From NCBI RefSeq assembly GCF_006345805.1, contig NC_042999.1:19034001-19098000 (forward strand): a DNA stretch of 64,000 nucleotides, in the 5' to 3' direction. Below the pieces are notes generated by a model. It saw nothing but the letters and a program-made list of their open reading frames with translations, was not told the origin of the DNA and did not search any database. Within the stretch, counting starts at the first letter, position 1, and each line of letters begins with the position of its first letter. Origin of the DNA: Octopus sinensis. Lineage: Eukaryota. Position numbers and translations under genes: made by a program. Below, one piece after another: positions 14,009 to 25,553 of this stretch.

Positions 14009-14045
14009 CTGTCCGACGAACGGCAACGTGAACTCAGAGTAATAG
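14009..14045 (+). ncRNA. Mutated hammerhead ribozyme copy
   Basis: CUGU-CCGACGA-ACG(GCAA)CGU-GAA-CUCAGAG-UA-AUAG: stem I and palindromic stem III are present, core has U4C and one A deleted. Confidence 0.6.
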
Positions 14046-14259
14046 GTTTTGTTGAATTTTCTGCTGCTTTAAATAAAGCATATTACTCTACACTGGTATT
14101 TGAGTACTCTTTTTTCCACCTTGTTTCACATTTATGTGTTTACTCCGGTATATATATATATGTATATTTATGTGTGAATGTTTATATATATATATAGATA
14201 TATAGATAGATATATAGATAAATAAATAGATATATACATACATATACATATATATACAC

Positions 14260-14384
14260 GAGTGGCTGTGTGGTAAGTAGCTTGCTTATAAAGAATAAGT
14301 CCTGGGGTCGATTTGCTTGACTAAAGATGGTGCTCCAGCATGGCCGCAGTCAAATGACTGAAACAAGTTAAAGAGAGTAAAGAG
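14260..14384 (+). mobile_element. SINE family A, internally deleted
   Basis: Head (..AGCTTGCTTA) joined directly to the tail (AAAGAATAAGTCCTGGGGTCG..) at a GCTTA microhomology. Confidence 0.85.
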
Positions 14385-15339
14385 TATATATATGCATGCA
14401 TATACATGTACATACGTATATATATACATATACATTCATATATATATACATGCATAAACACATACAATACCAATATTTGTGTGTATATAATATATTATTT
14501 ATATAGAACATACGCATATTTGTGTGTGGAAGTATGAGTGCGTGAGTGAATAAGTTCGAATTTTTGCGTTTTTGATATACATCTTTCTTGTTCATTTTAT
14601 ATTTTACGAATAAACATTAATAATTACAAATGCATAACTTTATCACTATATTTCCTACTCTTGTGGGTTCCGTAATTTTGGCAGTTACACACTTTTTTCT
14701 GGACGTTTGTGTTTATTATTTTCTTTCTGTTGTTTTTTGCATATTTATACCCTTAATATATTTACTTATAACCATTCACTTTTCTCACGTCGAATCTTTA
14801 ATAAAATGGAAGCATCGGTGTTAATCTTGTAAACGTGTCGAGAGAAATGAAGATATTTTTACAAGCCTATCACCTTAATTTACACAAATTATAATGGACA
14901 TTCATAATTGCTCAGAAGATAATACGGAAGAATATTCTAAAAACTAGGATAATCAAAACTGAATAAAGGAAATTGAATTAAGGGGAATGTTTGGAAGTAA
15001 ATAGGAAAATGTATCTATCTTACAGAATACCTCTTAAGCCTTAGATCCTCCATTGCTGTCAGCACAACAGACAGCGACGTTTCACCAAACAAACTGATTG
15101 CAGGCTTCCCAACACTTAGTCTTCTTCCGCTTTCCGGTGGAAGTTTGTCTCTCGCTCCGTTAATCGAAGCACATATCCAGGAAATAATAAGGTTTTGATT
15201 TAAGTATATCGACACTCATATACACAAATGTCCAAGGTATCATATATATATCCATATACGCAGTTAAGTCCACACGCACAATCATACAAGCACTGACACA
15301 CGTACATACAAGCATGCGTACATACATTTGTAATAATCG

Positions 15340-15730
15340 ATTTTACTCTTTTTCTTGTTTCGGTCACTAGCCTGTGGCCATGCTGGGGCACCGCCTAGGT
15401 CGATTTTAGTCAAATGAATCGACACCAGTATATATTATTCTTAAGCTTCGCACGCATCCTAACGGGCCCTTTTGCTAAGCTGCCAAGGTGGTGGTGGTGG
15501 TGGTGGTGGTGGTGATGGTGGTGGTGGTGGTGGTGGTGGTGGTGGTGGTGGTGGTGATGGTGATGGTGGTGGTGGTGGTGGTGATGGTGGTGGTGGTGGT
15601 GATGGTGGTGGTGGTGGTGGTGGTGGTGGTGGTGGTGGTGGTGGTGGTGGTGGTGGTGATGGTGGTGGTGGTGGTGGTGGCAGTGGTGGTGGTGGTAGTG
15701 GTAGGACTAACACAGACGCAGACACATAGA
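15340..15730 (-). mobile_element. Diverged family A SINE 3' half containing a (GGT)n expansion at 15487-15702
   Basis: Tail motif GGCCATGCTGGGGCACCGCC on the left, GGACTAACACAGAC on the right of the repeat. Confidence 0.7.
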
Positions 15731-16890
15731 CGTACACGCATATGTGTGTATCTATATATGTGTGTATTTGCGTTTGCCTCCCACAAATGCTTGACGAATA
15801 ATCGTGGTTTGTTTCCGCCGCCCTCTCCCAACTAACATAGCGGATATGTAAGAGATAGAATAAATACTAAGCTTAACAAAATAGGTATTGTGATGAAAAA
15901 AAATAGTGTGCAGCACGGCCGCACTCCAGTGACCAAATCATGTGAAAGATAAAAATTAAACAAAAAAATAAAGGAACAATTTAGAATCAAATCTAAGTTG
16001 AGAAATAGTTTCGAAGTGAGGAACGTGAAATGAAATGAAGAAGAACAAGGACAGAACAACAAAAATTGTTAGATAATAGAAAGACGGAAAAGAGAAAGAA
16101 TTTAAGAATTAGAAATTATAAACAAGAAAAGAACTGAAAGAAAAAAATTGCAGTTAATTAATTTGACAAATTTTAAAACGGCAATTATAGATTTGCACAT
16201 AGAGCTGAGAAAATGTCTTTAAAATTTCATAGTATATTTTGTATATAACTGTATATGTTGTTTATATATAGCTAACGCAAATCAAATTAACATTCGGTGT
16301 ATGTATATGGTTATATATGGAGAGGTACATATATGCACGTGCACACACATAAACGGTATATACCTACATCCGAACAGACATACAAACAAATATATACACA
16401 TGTATACATATATTTGTTTGAGTATGATGATGTACACAAATATATAGATGTATAAATGCCATACACACGCAAACACACAGACACATACACACATATGGAT
16501 GGATGGATGGATGGATGGATGGATGGATGGATGTATATAGAGAAAAAGAATTAAGGAGGAATATCGTCTATAAATGTTTTGTTTTTGTTATATCAAAACG
16601 CATTTCTATTCCTGAGGCTAATTTGATTTTGGTAACTAATTTGAAATATAGTCTCCACTTAAAGAATTGTTGAGTCTTTCCATATTTTGTATATCTATTA
16701 TGTCTTTCTATATAGGATGAAATATTTTCTCTTTTCTAAACGTTGTTATTTTTGAAAATTATCCATATTTAAAATTATATTAATTAGGCCCTGTTAAGTC
16801 CATTTATCTATAATTAACTGCTGTATTTTTTAATCCGATTTGCATATTCATATATATGTGAAATCATACAACCTGACAGCCATTCATTAT

Positions 16891-16922
<32 letters not shown>

Positions 16923-17492
16923 CGTATGTATGTATGTATATGTATATATGTACGTGTGTATGTGTGTGCGTTTGATTGAGTGTGTTAGTGTATAAATTAC
17001 TGAGCAAGCTATTTCTGTGCTTCTCCAACGCCTATTATATTGAACCAATTCATACATATAGGAGCGAGATAAACTGTGTATCTATTGCTTGAGTTTAATT
17101 AAGAAGTACCAATTTAGTTAGGACATGCGCGATTGAATCATATCGCCTTACAGAGATTTTATATACATTTCAGTAATCAAGTGAATTTATTATAACAGCT
17201 TTACGTATAAGTAACAAGTAATTCAAATAACTACTCATGTATATATATATAGGCAATTCAATACATTTTTGTCACTCACAAACCCACTCACGCATTGGCT
17301 GACTCACTCATTCATTCATTTGCTTAGCCACGCTCCCCCTCCCTCTCGCAATGATGAGAGTGGTAAACACACGAGAAAATAGAGGTCCCATTAATATAAC
17401 AAATTCATATATTACAAGTCATGTCACCGTCGATAATGTATTTTGATACGCACCCACCACACCCATATATAAACACGCACACACATAAATAT

Positions 17493-17872
17493 ACTCTTTA
17501 TTCTTTTACTCTTTTACTTGTTTCAGTCAATTGAATGTGGCCGTGCTAGAGCACCGCCTTTAGTCGCGCAAATCGAACCCAGGACTTATTCTTTGTAAGC
17601 CTAGTACTTATTCTATCGGTCTCTTTTGCCGAAGGGGACGTACACAGATCGGCTGTCAAGCTATGTTGGTGGGGGGGGGGACAAACACGTCCACACAAAC
17701 ATACACATACATATATACATATATACGACGGGCTTCTTTCAGTTTCCGTCTTCCAAATCCACTCACAAGTCTTTGGTCGGCCCGAGGCTATAGTTGAAGA
17801 CACTTGCCCAAGGTGAACCCGGAACCATGTGGTTGGTAAGCAGACTACTTACCACACAGCCACTCCTACGCC
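17493..17872 (-). mobile_element. SINE family A
   Basis: Colinear with 790-1196, small deletions. Confidence 0.88.
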
Positions 17873-18132
17873 TATTATGTATAAGTGTAGAGAAAATATA
17901 AAATCCATTGCATGGTGTAGCTATGACTATATATATGTAAATAACTATATATAATGTTTTTTTTCTCCGATTTCAAGCGTCATTTTTTTAAAATAAACAA
18001 ATGACTGAAATATGATGAATTAACCCCAGCAAGAATCGAATCCACAAATCGACGTTAAAATGGCCCCTTGCGCATCCGATTGCGGCAAAGTCTCATCCAT
18101 CAGTTTCAGCTACATTTAGTTATTATATACTT

Positions 18133-18450
18133 AGGAGCACTCCGTCGGTTTCGACGATGAGGGTCCCAGCTGATACGATCAACGGAACAGCTTGCTCGTG
18201 GAATTAACGTGCAAGTGGCTGAGCATTCCACATACACGTGTACCATTAACGTAGTTCTCGAGGAGATTCAGCGTGACACAAAGTGTGACAAGGCTGGCCC
18301 TTTGAAATACAGGTACAACAGAAACAGGAGCCTTGTAAGCTTTAGGTGTTTTCGCTCAATAAACACTCACAACGCCCCGTCTGGGAATCGAAACCGCGAT
18401 CCTACGACCGCGAGTCCGCTGCCCTAACCACTGGCCCATTGCGCCTCCAC
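18133..18450 (-). mobile_element. SINE family B (tail a), internally deleted
   Basis: Reverse complement of 9863-10238 lacking the middle segment. Confidence 0.87.
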
Positions 18451-18737
18451 TATATACGTAAACTGTCTAATACTACATATAATATTTCTAAAGCAGGCCG
18501 AAAGGAGTACAAAATATTATAATAATATATTATTATACTGTTATTATGATATTACGAGTAGCTTTCTCTCCCTAACTTACAAAACTTTTCGGGTTTGTTT
18601 ACAAATATTATATATACATATACTCAGGTAATGCTGAGTAAGTGCTATGGATACACCATAGTTAAGCTCCAGGTTCGGTGAATATGCGAATAAGGATTCC
18701 AACATTGGTCATATATCAGCATGTGTGTATATATATA

Positions 18738-18948
18738 TTTTTTTCAGAATGAAATAAATAAAAAGCAACGCTGTGAAGATTTGAGAACATTTATAAATGT
18801 TCTAAAAACTTCACAGCCTTGGATTTTTAACAAATTCTGAAAAAAATTATTGTTGAATTTTCTGCTGCTTTAAATAAAGCATATTACTCTACCACTGGTA
18901 TTTGAGTCCTTTTTTTCCACCTTGTTTCACATTTATGTGTTTACTCCA

Positions 18949-18950
<2 letters not shown>
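18738..18950 (+). mobile_element. Hairpin fused to the same pseudo-LTR tail as 14050-14149
   Basis: Imperfect palindrome 18738-18846 followed by TTGTTGAATTTTCTGCTGCTTTAAATAAAGC..TTTACTCCAG(TA)n. Confidence 0.7.
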
Positions 18951-19002
<52 letters not shown>

Positions 19003-19025
19003 TATATATCTGTTTCAACACACGA

Positions 19026-19067
<42 letters not shown>

Positions 19068-19256
19068 CATACATACATAAATTCAATTTTCCTGTTTACT
19101 GTGTGTTGGACGATTTCAAGTTAAATGCAATGAAATACATACTGCCCCTATCAGCTCAATATTCTTCAGTATATAAGTCCAAATATTTATACATACCCAT
19201 ACGAACACAAAATCCGCACGACCATATACATACATCTGCACTTATATAATAGAAAG

Positions 19257-19973
19257 AGCCGAATTTACATTTTCCATTTCAACCACGTGATTTTATTGTC
19301 AAAATAAACTTAAAGCAAATTCGAGTTTGATCAGGAGCAAAAATAGTTCATTTTCATTCTTTATACAATCAAGGGGAGGCGTAATGGCCCAGTGGTTAGG
19401 GCAACGGACTCGCGGTCATAGGATCGCGGTTTCGATTCCCAGACCAGGCGTTGTGAGTGTTTATTGAGCGAAAACACCTAAAAAAGCTCCACGAGGCTCC
19501 GGCAGGGGATGGTGGTGATCCCTGCTGTACTCTTTCACCACAACCTTCTCTCAATCTTACTTCCTGTTTCTGTTGTACCTGTAGTTCAAAGGGCCGGCCT
19601 TGTCACTCTCTGTGTCACGCTAAATATCCCCGAGAACTACGTTAAGGGTGCATGTGTCTGTGGAGTGCTCAGCCACTTACACGTTAATTTCACGAGCAGG
19701 CTGATCCGTTGATTCGGATCAACCGGAATTCTTGTCGTCGTAACCGACGGAGTGCTTCCACATTCAAAAATAAGTTTAACTTAATGATTTTATCAGGTGA
19801 TCAGTTTTTTATTTCAAACTGACCACTCGATAAAATCATTAAAGTGATCTCATCCTTAATTCTATAAAGAATAAAAGTAAAACTATTTTTGCTCCTTATC
19901 AAAATTGCATTTGTTCAGGAAGTTATTTTGATAAAAAGCACGTGGTTGAAAGGAAAAAAATGTAAATTCGACT
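19257..19973. mobile_element. Palindromic MITE or fold-back element split by a SINE
   Basis: ~115 bp imperfect inverted arms (19257-19373 vs 19853-19973, e.g. CGAATTTACATTTT / AAAATGTAAATTCG and GGAGCAAAAATAGTT / AACTATTTTTGCTCC) plus an inner hairpin at 19781-19841. Confidence 0.7.
19375..19760 (+). mobile_element. SINE family B (tail a)
   Basis: Near-identical to 9863-10238. Confidence 0.9.
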
Positions 19974-20043
19974 TTATCTAGTATATACGTGCAAATGTAT
20001 GTATGTGGTCGTACAGCTTTTGTGCTCATATAGATATGTGTAG

Positions 20044-20255
20044 ACGTTAGCGCGCCGGGCGGAATGCTTAGCGGTATTTCGTCTGTCGTTACGTTCTGAG
20101 TTCAAATTCCGCCGAGGTCGGCTTTGCCTTTCATCCTTTCGGGGTCGATAAATAAAAGTACCAGTTTCGCACTGGTTTCGATGCAATCGACTTAATCCCT
20201 TTGTCTGTCCTTGCTTGTCCTCTCTATGTTTAGCCCCTTGTGGGCAATAAAGAAA
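20044..20255 (+). mobile_element. SINE family C (Meta-SINE-like domain)
   Basis: B box GAGTTCAAATTCC followed by AGGTCG.CTTTGCCTTTCATCCTTTCGGGGTCGATAAA..GTACC, resembling the Meta domain; many copies in the window. Confidence 0.8.
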
Positions 20256-20649
20256 TATATTTATATACATACGAGTATTGTGCTGAAGATGGCAGTATGT
20301 ATATCATTATAGTTAATATGAAATTAGTCCAATTCACAATTAACTGGAAAGTTGTAATTGTTATTTTTCACTTGTCCGTTTACAACCTGTGGCGTGGGAG
20401 AAATAAGGTTGTTTTTAGTGTCATTTGTCATCTATCTCTAGCGTGTTGGACCGGTTATACCGATCCCTTTAATACAATTATGTGTAAAATTATAAACTTA
20501 GTATATAAAATTTACCTGCAAGGTATTTATTTCACACTGGCCACTTGATAGAAACATTAAAGTTATTTTATCCCCAATTCTATAAGGAATTAAAAATATA
20601 CATACATATATATATAAACATATTTATATAAATTAACATATATATATAT

Positions 20650-21348
20650 ATAATAGTTATCGCCATACTAATATGGCATTCTTATAAAAATAAGAATAAA
20701 GCTGTCCGCTTATTAGCTCCATGAGGCCATCGCCTTAAGTTAGCTATTTGATACACAAACTGTATCCATATAACCTTCGAACAAGGAAGGTCAGTCGCTC
20801 CACACTACTTGACCGGTTATATCAAATAGCTAACTTAAGGCGATGGCCTCATGGAGCTAATAAGCGGACAGCTTTATTCTTATTTTTATAAGAATGCCAT
20901 ATTAGTATGGCGATAACTATTATTTTCCGGGAACGCTGCCACTGTTCTCTTTTAGAGAGACTTAGTAATTTTAATATTTCTATTATTGAAAACAAGTGGA
21001 TGTATTCCACCGAAACTAGGTAAATAAAACCATCGAACAGAGATTGTCGGAAGCGACACCTACTGGCTGGCTACGCTGCATTGAAAAGGGGCAATACACC
21101 GAAACGCGTCTGTAGCTGCCGGTCAAGTAGTGTGGAGCGACTGACCTCCCTTGTTCGAAGGTTATATGGATACAGTTTGTGTATCAAATAGCTAACTTAA
21201 GGCGATGGCCTCATGGAGCTAATAAGCGGACAGCTTTATTCTTATTTTTATAAGAATGCCATATTAGTATGGCGATAACTATTATTTTCCGGGAACGCTG
21301 ACGCTGTTCTCTTTTAGAGAGACTTAGTAATTTTAATATTTCTATTAT
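20650..21348 (+). mobile_element. Penelope-like pseudo-LTR element (one inverted plus two tandem repeats) in (TA)n
   Basis: 20650-20816 is the reverse complement of 21119-21285; 20820-20986 is a direct repeat of 21182-21348; both ends lie in (TA)n; internal hammerhead motif. Confidence 0.8.
21075..21116 (+). ncRNA. Minimal type I hammerhead ribozyme, U3-A8 core variant
   Basis: GCUGCA-UUGAAAA-GGGG(CAAUA)CACC-GAAA-CGCG-UC^UGUAGC: 6-bp stem I, short stem II, palindromic stem III and GUC cleavage triplet. Confidence 0.75.
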
Positions 21349-21380
<32 letters not shown>

Positions 21381-21383
21381 ATA

Positions 21384-21423
<40 letters not shown>

Positions 21424-21450
21424 TATACATATATATATATATATACATAC

Positions 21451-21481
<31 letters not shown>

Positions 21482-21492
21482 CATATATATAT

Positions 21493-21525
<33 letters not shown>

Positions 21526-21640
21526 AGATAGACAGACAGATAGATATAGATAGATAGATAGATAGTAGATAGATAGATAGATAGATAGATGGATAGACAG
21601 ATAGATAGATAGATAGATAGATATATAGATATATAGATGG
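21346..21640. repeat. (TA)n/(GATA)n microsatellite
   Basis: Directly visible. Confidence 0.97.
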
Positions 21641-22093
21641 ATATGTATTTATTATGTGCGTTTCTGTGTTTCTGTGTGAGTGTGCGCGCGCGTGAGGGTG
21701 CATTTATCTCTCGATATATGTCGGAACGTACGTTGCACACTGCTTTACAGCACTGACCGAAACGTAAGGTTTTCATTTGATTTGCACTTGGATGACATGC
21801 TATCATAGGCAAATCAATAAATTTACATGTCTAATGATTAAAGAAGAAACGTTGCATTTTTTTGTTTTTAGTTATATGACCTGTTTCCAATTTTGTTCAA
21901 ATAAAATAGCCTTTAAATTCAATGGGAAATATGAATATTGTACAACTTAAACTTATTGTGTATAAATAGGTTAGCAGATAATTTGATATTTCCTGTTTCT
22001 TTTAATTATTTTATTTTGAATATTTCTTTTCTTTTAGTAATTTTTTCCCTTAATCTTGATTATTATTCGTTCAAGGATTTTCAAATACATGAA

Positions 22094-22235
<142 letters not shown>

Positions 22236-22545
22236 AAGCCGGAAATCTAAGCCAAGATAATTCCAAGAATATTTCACAAGCCAAATAATATTTTACCATC
22301 CGTCTAAGCCAAATTGATTTCAGAACATTGGCCAATATCTAAAACAACAAACGGTAATAGCTAGAGATATATAAAGAGGGGGAGAGAGAGAGGGAGAGAT
22401 GGAGAGGGAGAGAGAGATTACAGTTAATAGGTAGAGATCTAGATCGATAGATAGGCATATGTATATATATATATATATATATGGATATATATATGTGTAT
22501 GTATGTGTGTGTTATAAGTATGTATATAGATAGGTAGGGTTAGGT

Positions 22546-22803
<258 letters not shown>

Positions 22804-24718
22804 ATGGATACAAAGTGAGAGAAAGTGAGAGAGAAATATATCGTTGTCGTTTGCATTTTGATCAGCCATGAACGTGTGTTCTATTTTCAAGAATCTTTCG
22901 GCTCTGTACATCTCGGCAATTCATTCATACACTGTATTTGCTGTTGTATGATCATAGCAGCATTTTACTGCCATTTCTAGTGATTCATATATCGGGAGAA
23001 TAGCCACAATATAAAAAAACATTAAATTAAAGATAGGTAGAGAGAAAAAGATAATGAGAATGAAAGAAAGCGAGAGAGAGACTGATGGCTTTTGTAACCA
23101 ATATACAAATATAATGATAACAAATACACCGGCCAAGTATCTTCTTCCAAAATGAATGTTTTGTGCCAAAGGTAGATATCATTTTGTTGGCTTCTGTTTG
23201 TTTTATCTCTGGCAAGATTTGTTCTAATTTTCGTTCTTGTACTAGTAATTTGCTCATCTTTACTCCTCATTATTTTCGCGTAGATCACCGGCCATATCAC
23301 GTGATTAATAGGGTAGATTTTTTTTTAGGTTATCTCGAAATCCTTAATACTATCTATTCAGGTGATTTGTGATCGTTTTCTATTGCTATATATTTAACAA
23401 TGCACATTTTAGTTACTATGCTCGTGTTACACTTTTCAAATCTTTTAATTGCAAATTGGACACTCTCTAGGACGTTGCATGTACCTATCCTCCAAAACTT
23501 CCCTTGGTCTATTAATTAATGAAGGGCCCTAAACCTGATTCGATCGCGATTGATATTTGATCCTGTCTTCTCTATAATTCACTTGTGCTCATTTTCTCTA
23601 TTGTATATTTGCCACAATCGAGTTTCCCTAATCGGCTACTCATAAACGTATTACTAAATTAAAAACGTATACTTACCAAGTTCTTGTAGCGGCATATGTA
23701 CCTATTTTATTGTTACCAAGTTCTAGGAAATGGACCAAGCTATAGTTTACTTACAATACTTGATCTTCCTAAAGGGAATATTGCGTCATACACATCCGTA
23801 ACTTTCAGGCTTTCAAAAGTTTTTTTTCTTGTTCATATAATATTTATTTGATGTTTCTTCATGGTAACTCTATTGTTTTCATTGTTGAAGTTATTAAGAA
23901 TTGAGATATAGTGTATATTTTGTTAATATTTATATTCGTACGTTGACTTTACACGGTTTTTACTCTTGTTTTATATATTTCTGTAAAAGAAATTTTAAAA
24001 CGATACTGACTTTCGATTCTAAGAAATATTGCTGTTGCGGTACTTAGTTGATATATGCTTGGAGTATTGATGCTTGCGTCTGTTTCCAGTATGTCTGTGA
24101 TGGACCGATTTTACCCTTTTGTTATTGCCTTTACAGTTTAATCAATATACATGTAAGCTTGTATCTGCATCGTATTCCGTTGGTCCATACAAAGATATAT
24201 TGATTTTAATTATTTAACTATTTCATTCGTAAGATTAATGTCTTATTGCTTAGATGTCACAGATCCCTTAGATCTTCCTTGCATTCGATTAAGTTCAAGT
24301 ATCTTTTGTACAGTTCTGCTTCAGCTTTCGTATTTCGATATCCTTTATGTATGTCATGATTTGATTTAAATGTATTTTGTAATTTCTTTTACTTTCATCT
24401 TGATTTTTTTTTATTTCATATATCTATACTTTTGTTGTCTATATTATGTAATCTTACTTTATTCAATATTTTTTCTATACATGATGCTATTTTAGTATTA
24501 TATACATAACTTCATAAACAAATCGGTTTGTTTTGATCCATATATATATATATATATATGTATCAAAGTTAATTATATTTTTTGTTTCTTTTGACTGCCA
24601 TAGTTGTCGGTGGGATTCTACCTCTTGTTGTCTTATTGCTTTTGATTCCTTGCTTGGAATTGTTGTTAACTTGCTCATGTTATTCCTACTGTTGCTCTTG
24701 CATTCGATAGTCTCTTTC

Positions 24719-25172
24719 TTTCCCTCAAAATCAGTTCTGATACTCTTATCAAACAGTTCTACCCGCAAAGCATCCCAGCACGATGTATCGGTTTTCTGTA
24801 TATCAAATGCATATTATAATCATCGTGATTATATTATCTAATCCGCCATCCCTCATTAAATATAGTTCACATTAAATAAAGTTACTAGCAAATTCGGCGG
24901 GGACACAAAGGTTTTGTGACTTGTTCGATCACTTGCCATGTAGGACACAAAGATATAACAGGTATTTAATTGTTGCTTTCATGGTCATTTCAGCTTTCTA
25001 ACTTTCAGGATATTTCAAAACGGTTTTCATTTGTAATTTTCAATGAGTTTCTCATGTACAGTTTAAAAATCTTCTGTAATGCACACTTTTATGCCGTAAC
25101 ATTTTCGGGCATATATTTCTATGTATAAACTATATCGAATGGTTATCCTTTCTTATTTATTTATTGCCCACA
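24719..25172. repeat. Dispersed duplication, copy 2 (partner 5019-5487)
   Basis: Colinear match to 5019-5487 with scattered substitutions. Confidence 0.9.
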
Positions 25173-25553
25173 AGGGGCTAAACATAGAAGTGACAAACAA
25201 GGACAGATAAAGGGATTAAGTCGATTATATTAACCCCAGTTCTTAACTGGCACTTACTTTATCGACCCGAAAGGATGAAAGACAAAGTCGACCTCGGAGT
25301 AATATACATTTAGTGCGCTATAATCCGATTACAATTTAATCATTCCTACTGTAGGCTCAAGGCCCGAAATTGTTGGGGAGGGAACCAGTCGATCAGATCG
25401 AGCCCAGTGCGCAACTGGTACTTAATTTATCAACCCGGAAAGGATGAAAGGCACTGTTGACCTCGGTGGAATTCGAACTTAGAACCTATAGACAGACGAA
25501 ATATCGCTAAGCATTTCGCCCGGTATGCTAACGTTTCTGCCAGCTCGCCGCCT
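25150..25553 (-). mobile_element. Two family C SINEs (25150-25298 truncated; ~25341-25553 full length)
   Basis: Meta-like domain on the minus strand; second copy flanked by the direct repeat CGATTACAATTTAAT. Confidence 0.85.

Larger units (their letters stand above)
13937..14149 (+). mobile_element. Fold-back element in (TA)n, Penelope-like pseudo-LTR relic
   Basis: Inverted arms 13937-14001 and 14015-14078; the right arm continues ~70 bp to (TA)n, and this tail recurs at 18850-18950; hammerhead motif in both arms. Confidence 0.7.
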
